Below, piece by piece: positions 24,848 through 35,426 of a DNA stretch of 64,000 nucleotides. Source of the DNA: Felis catus (lineage: Eukaryota); NCBI RefSeq assembly GCF_018350175.1, contig NC_058369.1, forward strand, positions 162,378,001 to 162,442,000, in the 5' to 3' direction. Both the position numbers and the translations under genes were made by a program. The number at the start of each line of letters is the position of its first letter. Within the stretch, counting starts at the first letter, position 1. The notes beneath the pieces were generated by a model that did no database searches, was not told the origin of the DNA, and saw only the letters and a list, made by a program, of their open reading frames with translations.

Positions 24848-27450
24848 GTAAGTGACCCCTCGCAGGATGGAGTCCAAAGTCCAGTGTCACAGAATCCGTT
24901 TATCTGTAGGTCAGGCCGAGGCCCGGCCTTCACAGCGCGGACACCGCTTGCCGTGGTCTGGTGCCATGAGCCCATTTCCAGGTTGTCTTCTTGTCTAAGC
25001 CTCGGGTGCCAGCCGGGTGCTTCCTCTCCTGTATTTGTGTCTTCAGGGCACGGGGCTGGCTTACGGCAGGTATCCGATGAATTCTTGTTAAGTGGTCCAA
25101 TGGATCGACCAAAAAAGATGTACTGACGGGACAAGGCACATTGGAGAACAGAACGGGACTGGTGTGAGTCAGGCACAGTCCTAACACACCGGTTTTTTCC
25201 TTTTCTCGGCCATCACTGGTGAGCGCAGGTCTGACTCGGGCCAGGTTTCAGTTGCTCGCTCTGAGCTGTCAGTGGTGGTAAAGCCTACAGGCCGCTTCCG
25301 GAGGCCTGCTGCCGGCCCTGGTCGTCCGCTCTGCCATCACGCCCCCACTCTGGATTTCCAGTTCTACAGCCATGAAATAAGAGCTGAGGTAAGCCCAGTC
25401 CGGTTCTGATGTCCCAGAGCACTTCTCCTGGGCCCCGGGATGGTGTCTTACAGTTCGCGGCACCTTCGTCCAGCCTGTCCACGGTGCCTCTCCGTGGGGG
25501 GGGGTCACACATTTGGTGTGGCAGCAGCTGGGTTCTTGGGCAGTGGGCCTGGGGTGATGCCTCTCATCCTTCTGAGGTTTTCCCCGCTGGGAGGGGCTCA
25601 GCATCACGTCACTCACCCTCTTATATGGTCAGAATCTTCCCGGAGCCGCCTTAGTGGGCTTGTCACCTACAAAGGCAGTCCTGCTCTCCCTGGTGATTCT
25701 GTTTTTCTTTTTCTCTGTTTCCCCCTCCCCCCCCCCTGCCCCCCATGTACATGTGCACGAGAGGGGTGGGGGAGAGGGTGGGCACTGGTGGGGGGGAAGG
25801 GGGCAAAGGGAGAGAAAGAATCTTAAGCAAGCTCCACTCCCAGTGTGGAGCCTGCCTGGTGATTCTTTTTAATGTTTAACATCACTCAGTGTCAGAACGT
25901 ACTGGTTTTAAATCTTCCTGTTTAATCCGTATCTCATTTTGGCGTGATGAGACTTGAACTCCACTTGCTTTCTGATGTGTGTGGTGAGCTGTTAGGTCAC
26001 CTTCTGCGAGTCTGTCCTTGTCTAGAGAGATGCATTCTCGCGCTGGGCTTTTTCTTTCTTTCTTTCCCTTTCCACGTACTTCTCTTCTGACTTCTCTGTG
26101 TCTCTTTTCTGGTGTGCCTGGATCTGACTGTGACCCGATCTCTAGGAGAGCGAACGAGGAGAAGGGAGGTAAAGGTCGTGCCTGGGCTTGAGCATCTGGG
26201 TAGACACTGTCCCGTTTACGAGTGAGGTGACTATAGGAAGACAGGTGAGCGGGAGCTGGAGAGAGCCATCTGAGCCGGAGAGAGGCTCGCCGTGTCAGTG
26301 TGTAAACGCAACCCCAGTTGGGGAGGGTATGTGAACTGAGAATCGAGATCTGGGTGCGAACCCTGGGAAACAGCAGGAAGAAACGGGCGGAGGAAGAGGG
26401 ACCAGAACTGAGATTGCAGGGGAGGTGCAGGTGGAAGTGTGGTATCCCAGGGCCACGGAAAGGTGGCGTTCCAGACAGAGGACGTGGGCCGGCCCCCACG
26501 GGTTGCAAAGAGGTCCATTGGAGGCGGTGCCGAGGGGGACGCTGGTGGCCTTGGCAAGAAGGGTGTTGACGAGCGGTGGGGGCCAGATCCAGAGCATAGA
26601 GTCTCTCTAGGACAGAGAGAGGGGAGTGACAGGACACTGGGGGGCACGCGTCACTGGCATCAGGGGCTACCCTGTTCTGTGCTGCTGTCCTGTGTTCCTG
26701 ACGCAGGCTGATTTCTAGAGAAGGAATTTCAGAAGATCTAAGCAAGGCCTCTGGCGGCCTCACCGCCCAGTACCCAGCATCATGACCTGTTTCTGATGCC
26801 CTGCCAGGTGACGGGCACAGCCTGGGTGCCCAGGATGCAGAGACATGGGCTCCATGCCTCCTGGCCTGAGCTGACGGCACCTGGCGCCTGCACCTCTGCC
26901 AGGGAGACCTGCCTGACTTCTTGGCCAGGTCGGTCCCCTCCTTGGGGACTCACAGTTGCAAGTGGCGCCCCTCTGTTCCTGCACCTCCCTGTTGTGTGGG
27001 TCAGTCTCTTACTTCTGTCTCTCCAGCCAAGCTGGAGGCCACGTGCACGCAGGGACCTTGCCGATCTTCTCCGTTACCACAACAAGGCAGAATCGCCAAG
27101 TGCCGGCTGGGTTCTCAATAAACATCGAAAGGAAAAAGAGAACCTCAGTTAGTTTGGCAAAGATGGATGTAGAAACTGCTAACGTACAGAGGGCCCTGGG
27201 GATTCTGGATGAGGGCTGTTCCATTCAGTCTGGAGGAGCGAATGTCAGCCTTCACCAAGGAGGTTGCGGTCTTGAGAGTTTTGTCCCAGGGCTGATTTCC
27301 TAGGCTCTCCCTACGCCTCTGTCCTCTGCTCGTTTTTCTCCCCTCTGGCCTTCCCTGCAGAGTCCCCACGGTTGAGTAGGGGAGCTGAGAGCCGTTCTTT
27401 TCATCTTGCTTTGCAGCCTGGGCCCATCTCATTTCCCCAAGTTCCCAAGC

Positions 27451-30400
27451 ATGTTGGAAGTGGAAAAAATCGGGAAGCCCCCCAAGAGACATACACCTTC
27501 AGGATCAGTGGGGCAGGGGCCGTCTGTGTGTGCTGCCTCCTCTGTGACCAGACCCAGGAGCCCAGCTGCTTCCTTGGCTTCTCCTAGCTCCAAGTTTAAA
27601 ACCAGAGCTACCAATACCTCTCACGGACTCGGCTGGGGTGCGGGGGGGCGCCTGCCGGAGACCGAGGTCAAACTTGAGTTTGTAGACATAGGAGAGAGGG
27701 CTGTCAGTGGCCACAGCAAGATCGGACTGTCTGCCTCCCCGAAGGGGAGTGAGACGGATCTGCCCCTACGGAGGAAGAGACCTCACCCCCTCCCCAGTTC
27801 CTCGTCTGTCCCTTCACCTGACGGAGTTTTCCTGGAGGAGCAGGAGGAAGGCACCCCGGGCCTACTTGTCCACAGTGAGACGAGCGAAGCCTGCTCCCTG
27901 GGGAGGCCCGGTCTGCACCCAGCTGCCTCCCGTGAAACGTGCCAGGCCAGCCCTGGGCGGAGGAAGCCAAAGGGCGACTCTGGCCTCTACAGCCTCAAGT
28001 CTGTGCTTGGGCAGGAGCCCCCTGGGCAGCCCGAGAAGAAGGTGTCCAAACAGAAGGCACGAGGGCAGAGGGAGGAGGGGGAGCCGACGGGAAAGAAGTC
28101 GAGGGCCCCAGCGCTCAGCTCTGGCCAGTCCCCCTCTCCCCCAGCGCTACACCAGGCAGCCGGGGCGGACAGGCCAGAGGTGGGCCAGCCTGGTGAGAGT
28201 GAGAAGGCAAGGCGAGCTGACCTCCTCATCGCCCATCTGGCCAGAGAGCTGCGACGCCTCAAGAAATGGAAGAAGAGGCACTTGCTTGCGGCTGTCGGGG
28301 ACAAGCCACCCTGCCTGAAGAAGCTGGTCAGAACTCTAAAAGCGGAGACCAAGGGCTGGGCTTTTCCCGGGCATTCCCCCGGCCCCACGGACACCGCGGG
28401 TCACAAGGCCGTGTCAGACATCGGACGGTTCTTTACCATTGACTGCAAGGACGTCTGCCACGTCACCTGCACTCTGTGTCATGCCAGCATCAGACTGGGC
28501 AAATTTAAGGGGCATTTCCAAACCTCAGGCCTGGTCCGTCACTTGGTGAGTAAGCACGGACTAGAGAGAGACAGAAGGCCAGCCGCCGCCAGCCCGGGGG
28601 AGAAGAAGGGCGGGGCCGAGGAGAGAAAGCACAAGGGCCTGCCCGCAAGTCCTGCTGGCCTTGCCCCTGAGGGGCTGCCGTCACCAGGACGCTGCACGGA
28701 TGCCTCCCCTCTGGTGGACGGTGGCAGGCAGCTGGCGGCGGGCAGGCCTGAGCAGCTGTCACTGGCTCCACCTCTCTTGCCTCCTTCCTGTAGAGATGAC
28801 CCTGCCGCCTCCCCGCCGGCAGTCGGGGTGGGCCGGGGTGGCACCCATGCCCCCGGCCAGCCCCGAGCACAGGCCTGGACCCGCAGCATCGCGGAGTTGC
28901 TCTGCAGCCTGGCTTTGCCGCTATCCTTTGTGTCATCGCTGCCTTTCAGAAGGTTTATGGCCCAGGTCGACCCTTGCTACCACGTGCCGCCTCCCGCCTT
29001 CTTCTGCGGGAGAGCCTTGCCTCTGCTCCGTGAGGCGATCGAGGAGCAGGTGTGTCGGGAGATGCAGTGGGCCAAGGGCAGCTGTGTCCACCTCACCGTG
29101 TCCACCGCTGCCCGGGACACGGTTGTGGACTACGTGGCCATCACCGCCCACTGGGGAGCCGTACAGCCGGGCAGTCGGCGGGTGGCGTCGGGGAGCCTGA
29201 GAAAGCAGGCCGTGCTGTGGGTTCGGGGCCTGCCCCAGGAGAGCTCTCCGGAGGAGAGGCAGGGGGAGCTGCGGGAGCAGGTGGGCCTGTGGCTCAGCCG
29301 CAGCTCCCTGCAGCCAGGCTTCCTGGTGTCGGGCGGCTGCCTCGGCCTGGAGCAGGCAGTGAGGACAGAGGGCTACACCCACCTCCCCTGCTTTGCCCAC
29401 TGCCTCGACTCCCTGGTGAGGAACTTCCTGCGTCACCATCAGAGCGTCCAGCTCATCCTGGGTACGGTGCGGGCCATCTGCAGCCATTTCCAGGGCTCCG
29501 CGGAGGCCCGGCGGCTCCTCGGCCAGCTGCAGCAGCAGCGTGGCCTCCCAGCCCAGCAGCCCTTCTGGGAGCTCTCGGACCACTGGGTGTCCGCCTACTG
29601 CTTGCTGGAGTGGCTGGTGAGGCAGCAGCGGCCCTTGCAAGAGTACGAGAGGCGACACCAGCTGGGCAAGGCTGGGACGGCCCTGTCGACTACGTTTTGG
29701 AGCCTGACGGACAGTCTGGTCACGCTCCTGCAGCCCTTCTGGGTGGCGGTCCGGGAGGCGAGCGCCGCGCGGGCTTCTTTAAGCCAGGTGCTGCCCCAGC
29801 TACGCTACCTGCATATCTTCCTGGAGCAGGTTAACCGGCACTTCGAGGAGCAGGGTGGCGGGGAGGTGGGGGCAGCCGTCCGGCTGGCCAAGGGCTTGGC
29901 CCTGCAGCTCTCCACAGACGGCCAGCTCAACGAGCTCTTCCACCGCAAGGAGTTTGTGCTGGCGACCCTCCTGGACCCCCGCTTCAAGGGGAAGATCGAG
30001 TCCATCCTGCCCGCGGGGGCCGACATTGACCACTGGAAGCAGGTTCTCGTGTACAAGGTGAAGGAGATCATGGTGTCTGACTACTCCTTGCCTCCCTCAC
30101 CCTCCCTGCACAGCCCCAAGGCGAGGCGTGCGGGCCCTACCCCGAGCGGCCGAGTCACCAGGAGCCTCGGGGCCGAGGGGAAGGGCCAGAAGGTGCCTGT
30201 GCAGGGGGGCGGTGGCTCGGGGTCTCTGCTGCTGGACCAGAGGGAGAAGAGCTTGCTGGAGCAGCTGGAAAGCGTGGGGCTGCTGGCGTCCAAGAGAAGC
30301 GGAGCGTCGCTCTCCACCGAGAGCCACTTGGCCAGTGTCATCGTCAAGAAGTACCTGCGTGAGAATGAGACAGTTGGCGCCCAGGAGGACCCGCTGGTTT

Positions 30401-30681
30401 ACTGGGAGAAGAGGCAGGAGGTCTGGCCAGCTCTGGCGAGACTGGCCACTGTCTACCTGTCCTGTCCCCCGACGGGGGCCTTCTCTGGAAGCGTCTGTGC
30501 CTCCCTGGACAGCCCTGCCCTTGCAGAGCATAGCGCCCCTCTCCCAGTGGGGACCATTGAACATCTCCTCTTCTTGAAGAGCAACCTGGAGAATTTCCCC
30601 GACTACCCTGCCCCTGCCCTCATCTTCCCCAGTGGAGACCCGGCCGACGGGGAGCAGAACAGCGAGGCCGACCTCGTCTGA
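27451..30681 (+). CDS. ZBED6CL: Intronless BED-finger domesticated hAT transposase, 1076 aa (ZBED6CL/C7orf29/ZBED10 orthologue)
   Basis: Uninterrupted ORF from agcATG 27451; BED finger CTLC...HLVSKH (~28420-28560); hAT motifs LPCFAHCL, LATLLDPRFK, DPLVYW..WPALARLA..YLSCPP; C-terminal part VREASAARASLSQVLPQLRYLHIFLEQV matches recalled human ZBED6CL; acceptor at 27360/27361. Confidence 0.9.
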   Translation: MLEVEKIGKPPKRHTPSGSVGQGPSVCAASSVTRPRSPAASLASPSSKFKTRATNTSHGLGWGAGGRLPETEVKLEFVDIGERAVSGHSKIGLSASPKGSETDLPLRRKRPHPLPSSSSVPSPDGVFLEEQEEGTPGLLVHSETSEACSLGRPGLHPAASRETCQASPGRRKPKGDSGLYSLKSVLGQEPPGQPEKKVSKQKARGQREEGEPTGKKSRAPALSSGQSPSPPALHQAAGADRPEVGQPGESEKARRADLLIAHLARELRRLKKWKKRHLLAAVGDKPPCLKKLVRTLKAETKGWAFPGHSPGPTDTAGHKAVSDIGRFFTIDCKDVCHVTCTLCHASIRLGKFKGHFQTSGLVRHLVSKHGLERDRRPAAASPGEKKGGAEERKHKGLPASPAGLAPEGLPSPGRCTDASPLVDGGRQLAAGRPEQLSLAPPLLPPSCRDDPAASPPAVGVGRGGTHAPGQPRAQAWTRSIAELLCSLALPLSFVSSLPFRRFMAQVDPCYHVPPPAFFCGRALPLLREAIEEQVCREMQWAKGSCVHLTVSTAARDTVVDYVAITAHWGAVQPGSRRVASGSLRKQAVLWVRGLPQESSPEERQGELREQVGLWLSRSSLQPGFLVSGGCLGLEQAVRTEGYTHLPCFAHCLDSLVRNFLRHHQSVQLILGTVRAICSHFQGSAEARRLLGQLQQQRGLPAQQPFWELSDHWVSAYCLLEWLVRQQRPLQEYERRHQLGKAGTALSTTFWSLTDSLVTLLQPFWVAVREASAARASLSQVLPQLRYLHIFLEQVNRHFEEQGGGEVGAAVRLAKGLALQLSTDGQLNELFHRKEFVLATLLDPRFKGKIESILPAGADIDHWKQVLVYKVKEIMVSDYSLPPSPSLHSPKARRAGPTPSGRVTRSLGAEGKGQKVPVQGGGGSGSLLLDQREKSLLEQLESVGLLASKRSGASLSTESHLASVIVKKYLRENETVGAQEDPLVYWEKRQEVWPALARLATVYLSCPPTGAFSGSVCASLDSPALAEHSAPLPVGTIEHLLFLKSNLENFPDYPAPALIFPSGDPADGEQNSEADLV

Positions 30682-30959
30682 CGCCCTGAAAGTCTGCCTG
30701 TGGGAAGTGTGTCCGGCATCAGAGGGGAGGGCAGGATGCTGCACCCTAGGGCATTAGACAGAGGTGGCCAGAGTCCTCCCTCCACCTGTTTGGAGGGAAT
30801 AGGGACAGGTTCTCGATTCTTGACACATTGCCCTTTTTTTTCTTCCCCAGGGTGATGTCATTTCCCATTCATATATTGCTTAATTTGTCTCTAGCGGTTT
30901 GTGCATAGAAAAGGTGAACTCTGTCCAAAAGTGACTGTAAGTTGTGCCACACACCTCTG

Positions 30960-31065
30960 TGGGTGGCACAGGGACCCCGCTGAACACCTGCCATGCGCAG
31001 GATCACCGCCACGACAGAGACTCACCCGGTCTCGGATGGCAGTCGTGCTGTGGTAAAGAACCCTG
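30960..31065 (-). mobile_element. MER20 fragment downstream of ZBED10 stop
   Basis: gctgaacacctgccatgcgcagga...gtggtaaagaaccctg resembles reverse MER20 5' end. Confidence 0.6.
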
Positions 31066-32549
31066 AACTCCACTGGGGATGGGAGGCGATGGGCCGGAGG
31101 AAGGGTCTCCGGGCTCACTGGAGCAGCCATGGGACTGTCCACTTGTGCGCTGTTAACCGTTTCCCCCTTGGCTGTAGCTGTGTCCTGCCTTGGCTGGCTC
31201 CTGGGCACCGTTTGCCAGCCCACTTGCCAGGTAGGTAAACTGAGACTCAGCAGTGGCGATTCGGAACGAGGGAAGGTGGCCTCCTGCAGGAGAGACGAGT
31301 GTCCTCTGTGCCTTAGTCATGGTCCCATCCGTGTGACCAAATCCTGTCCGCAGACACATGTTGGACCAGGATAGGAGGACTCGGATTCTGGATGTTCAGG
31401 GGTGAGCGTTGCAGGGGGTTGGCGTGGATGAGCCAATTCCCTCAGCAGGGCCCACCCGCTCCAAGCTGCCACCTGTGTGTCAGCTGGGTTTGCACAGCGG
31501 GTGGGAGGGCGCTCGGTCGGTCGGGCCCAGACCTGCCTGGTTGAGGCGTGCGGATTTCAGGGAGCATGGGACCGGGGGGGCAGAGCAGAAGTCTGTGCAC
31601 TGGAGAGTCAGGGATTCACCTTGGTGACTATGCAGTCCTATCACCGGCGGGGGCGTGGGGCGGTGAGCTGGAGGGCCACAAGTCTCCTCCCAGGCAGGAC
31701 TTGGGGGCACAGAAGTCCCGATTTCCAGTTAATGTGCTCTTTGCTCCTCTGTTTCCTCTCCTGCAAAAAGCGTTCTTCCCAGCTGTAACGTGGGGAGCAC
31801 GTACAATTCCTCCCTTCCTCCTACCACCGCCCCTACCCGGTCCTCCTGTCCTTTCCCTCCACAGCAGCCATCTCTGTCTAGACGGTCATCGAGCCAGTTC
31901 TCCAGGGCATGGCTCCCTAACCGTTGTGGTCAGTCTGTGGGCTTGCCCCTGCCCGGGGGCCTCATCTCTGAGTCTGGTGGGCGTTGGAACAGTGTCCGTC
32001 ACTGGGTCCTTGCACGCCTCCTTCTGGCTGCTCGTCAGTGCCCTCCACTCAGCCTAATAAATGTTGGTGTTCTTTCGATGTCGGCCCATGACTGCTCCCT
32101 TTCTCTGTGCGCCAGGGGCTCCTGACCACATTCACCCCCAAAATAGCGTGTGGTTGGGAAGCTGTGCGTAATCCCGGACAGAGGCCTGCAGATACTTAAA
32201 GAGGTCTGTGTCCTCCAGAAGCCTGGCCCGTGAGCCACACATTCTCCCTGGGCACCTCTGCGGATGACGCTTGAGTCCCTTTAGCCTAGAGCTTCGACTG
32301 CCTCCTAGGCCCGATGCACATGGTCACCTCCAGCTGGATGTCTTCTTGCCCCCTCCCTCAGGCTGTCCCATGTGCCCCACATGTCGGGGAAGGGAGCCCC
32401 TGCATCCAGTGACGTGGCTAGACCCTTGGAAGCTGTTCTACACGCTTCAGTGCTCGCTGCCTTCCGTGAAGCCCTGTCTCTCCAGTGCTTTTATGGCAGG
32501 TTCTAGTGTCTGGTGACCCTCTCGCACCCCTCACCCCCATGGGTGACAG

Positions 32550-32774
32550 GTTTTTTTTTTAATTTTTTTTTTCAACGTTTTTTATTTTTGGGACAGAGAG
32601 AGACAGAGCATGAACGGGGGAGGGGCAGAGAGAGAGGGAGACACAGAATCGGAAACAGGCTCCAGGCTCTGAGCCATCAGCCCAGAGCCCGACGTGGGGC
32701 TCGAACTCCCGGACCGCGAGATCGTGACCTGGCTGAAGTCGGACGCTTAACCGACTGCGCCACCCAGGCGCCCC
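32550..32774 (-). mobile_element. Young felid SINE (SINEC_Fc) in LRRC61 intron
   Basis: CpGs intact, perfect TSD tgggtgacag 32540/32775. Confidence 0.93.
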
Positions 32775-33790
32775 TGGGTGACAGTTTTAAGTGGGTGCAA
32801 AGTTGACCGCGTCTCACTTACAAGCCCCAGCAGACCCCTTTTGAATACAGTGAACCAGACCTCTTAGTGGATGCCTGGAATCGCTTTTGGAAAGAAATGA
32901 AGTGGAAATGAAGGGGTGTTGCGGACTGGAAGGAGCTAGGTAAAGCCGTGGGGGAGGCGGATCAGATCTGTTAGCAGCCTCCCCAGCTCCCTGGTGGGGG
33001 TGTGGGAGGAATTCTGGGCCCGGTTTCCTTGGAGAGGGAACTAAAAAACTGCATTGATTGTGTAAACACAGACTTGGGACTGGTCAACACCCTGGAACCC
33101 AGGTTTTATAAACAGGAGTGAATGGTCCCATGGTTCCTTGCAGGCATCACCCTGCCTGGCCCAGGCCCCGCTAGAGTCTGCAGGGTTGGGAAGCTGCCAC
33201 TTGGAGCAGAGGTCCCTTCTTGTTTTCTCTCTGCTCAAACCTTGACCCCTCTGTGGCCGGCATTGCCGATGTCCCCCCGCCCAGGCCTCCTCCCTCCTGC
33301 GCGTGGTCTTGCACTGGCGCCTAGGCTCATGCTGGCCCACGGCCATTGGTAACTGGAAAGGCCCTCCTTCCCCTGCCTTCCCGGAACCCAGGTGCTACCC
33401 CGGTCCTTCCGTCCAGGATGGCTTCTTTGCCTGGCCTTCCCCCACTTGCATTCTTAGGAAATGACGTCATGTTTGCAGGTAGGACCATTCTGTCTGGCAC
33501 ATAGGGATTGATGCCCTTCCGTCGATGCCGGAGTAAAGAGCTAGTTTGGCGGGCTAGGGTGGAGAGCAGTGGCATCAGGACCGGCAGTGCTGCACCTGCT
33601 CCCGGGGCCGTCACCGTCCCTTCCTTCCCTTGACCTCAGGCTCCTCATTGGACTGAGAGCTGAGCCTTCAGGCCCCACAGCTGCAACCAGAGGTTACACG
33701 TTGGCCTATGCAATCTGGAGACCATTCTGAATGCATTGCTAATGTTTTAAAAAAAAACATTGGGTCAGTTAAAAGTATTTTTAAAAGGGT

Positions 33791-34010
33791 GGGGGAGTGC
33801 CTGGGTGGCTCGGCCGGTTGCATCCGACTTGGGCTCAGGTCACGACCTCGCGGTTCGTGAGTTCCAGCGCCACATCGGGCTCACTGCTGTCAGCCTGTCA
33901 GGCCAGAGCCCGCTTTGGATCTTCTGTCCCCGGCTCTCTGCCCCTCCTCCACTTGGATTCTTTCTCAAAAAATGAATAAACGTTAAAAAAACTAAAAATA
34001 AAAATAAAAC
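33791..34010 (+). mobile_element. Can-SINE
   Basis: gcctgggtggctcgg head, A-rich tail. Confidence 0.85.
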
Positions 34011-34646
34011 ACTGAGTCAAGAACATTTTTGAGAGAACGAAGCAAGGCCTATCGTGCTGTCTTGCGTCTGCATATGGAAGGAAACAAAACAGATTGTTGG
34101 TGGTGGTGACCTATAATCTATTCAAAAACTAAAATAGTTAAAAAGAAACACCTCAGAATTCATAAAGATAGATCATAAAGAGCGGTTGCCAAAAGAGGAA
34201 AATTTAGAGATTTTGCCTCCTGGTGCAGATACGGAAAAGGGGAAGAATCTGAATTCCGTCCGCTATGGCCGTAACCGCTCGAGCCTCGTCAGGGCCCCCC
34301 GCTTAGGTGGGGGCCTGCGCCTGGCCCGCCTCCCTCAGGGGGGCTCTGTGGCCTCAGGTCTTGCTGGGCCAGCTCGCTTTCTGCCTCAGTGGCAGAGGCT
34401 GGGCGGTACTTGGTGCCGTCGACGGCTGCGGACTCAGGACGCTCAGGAGAGGCCTGCTCACTGTTTGCTTGTCTCTCCTCAGGAGCCTCCGGCCCTTGAG
34501 CAGCGGTGCTGGAAACAGGCCTCCGGCCCTGGCCCAGGCGGACTCGAGGGTGCCTTTTTCTGGGCGCGCGGTCAGCCGACCCCTCCCGGCACCCACGTCC
34601 CTGTGACAGGACCAGGGCCCCGGGCCGCCTGGACGGACCACGTCTG

Positions 34647-35426
34647 ATGGAGCCCCAGGCTGAGAAGCCAGGAGAGGCGGACGGGGCGCGCGTCACACCG
34701 CAGCTGCTCAAGTCGCGCTCGGGTGAGTTCGCCCTGGAGTCCATCCTGCTGCTGAAGCTTCGGGGTCTGGGGCTGGTGGACCTGGGCTGCCTGGGGGAGT
34801 GCCTGGGTCTCGAGTGGCTGGACCTGTCCGGCAATGCGCTCACCCAGCTGGGCCCGCTGGCCTCCTTGCGCCGGCTGGTGGTGCTCAATGTCTCCGACAA
34901 CCGGCTGACGGGGCTGGAGCCGCTGGCCGCCTGCGAGAACCTTCAGAGTCTCAATGCCGCGGGCAACCTGCTGGCCACCCCCGGGCAGCTGCAGTGTCTG
35001 GCCGGCCTGCGGGGCCTCGAGTGCCTGCGGCTCCGGGACCCCTTGGCCCGACTCGGCAACCCGCTGTGCGCCAGCCCCTCCTACTCCACGCTAGTCCGAG
35101 AGCTGCTGCCCGGCCTGAAGGTCATCGATGGCGAGCGCGTGACCGGGCGTGGCAGTGAGTTCTACCAGCTGTGCCGGGACCTGGACAGTTCCTTGCGCCC
35201 CGGCTCCAGCCCGGGCCCGAGAGCCGCTGAGGCGCAGCCCTGGGTAGAGCCAGGGTACTGGGAGTCGTGGCCCCCCCGGAGCAGCTCCATCCTGGAGGAG
35301 GCGTGCCGGCAGTTCCGGGACACGCTGCAGGAGTGCCACGAGCTGGACCGCCAGGCCAGCGACAGCCTGGCCCGGGCCGAGCAGGCGCTCGGCCCTGCGG
35401 GCGCCGCCTCGTCCTTTGTGTTTTGA
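34647..35426 (+). CDS. LRRC61: Leucine-rich repeat-containing protein 61 (259 aa, single coding exon; acceptor before 34483)
   Basis: LRR motifs LEWLDLSGNALT, LVVLNVSDNRLT, LQSLNAAGNLL, LRR cap LPGLKVIDG; ends SSFVF*. Confidence 0.95.
   Translation: MEPQAEKPGEADGARVTPQLLKSRSGEFALESILLLKLRGLGLVDLGCLGECLGLEWLDLSGNALTQLGPLASLRRLVVLNVSDNRLTGLEPLAACENLQSLNAAGNLLATPGQLQCLAGLRGLECLRLRDPLARLGNPLCASPSYSTLVRELLPGLKVIDGERVTGRGSEFYQLCRDLDSSLRPGSSPGPRAAEAQPWVEPGYWESWPPRSSSILEEACRQFRDTLQECHELDRQASDSLARAEQALGPAGAASSFVF

Noticed and set aside
25882-26880. 332-aa minus-strand ORF
   Set aside because: Non-ATG start, Pro/Ser/Arg-rich composition typical of GC-rich non-coding DNA, no motif
34483-34649. TGATG stop-start overlap at the LRRC61 ATG suggesting termination-reinitiation
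   Set aside because: No in-frame ATG found in the candidate upstream exons, so no upstream ORF is supported
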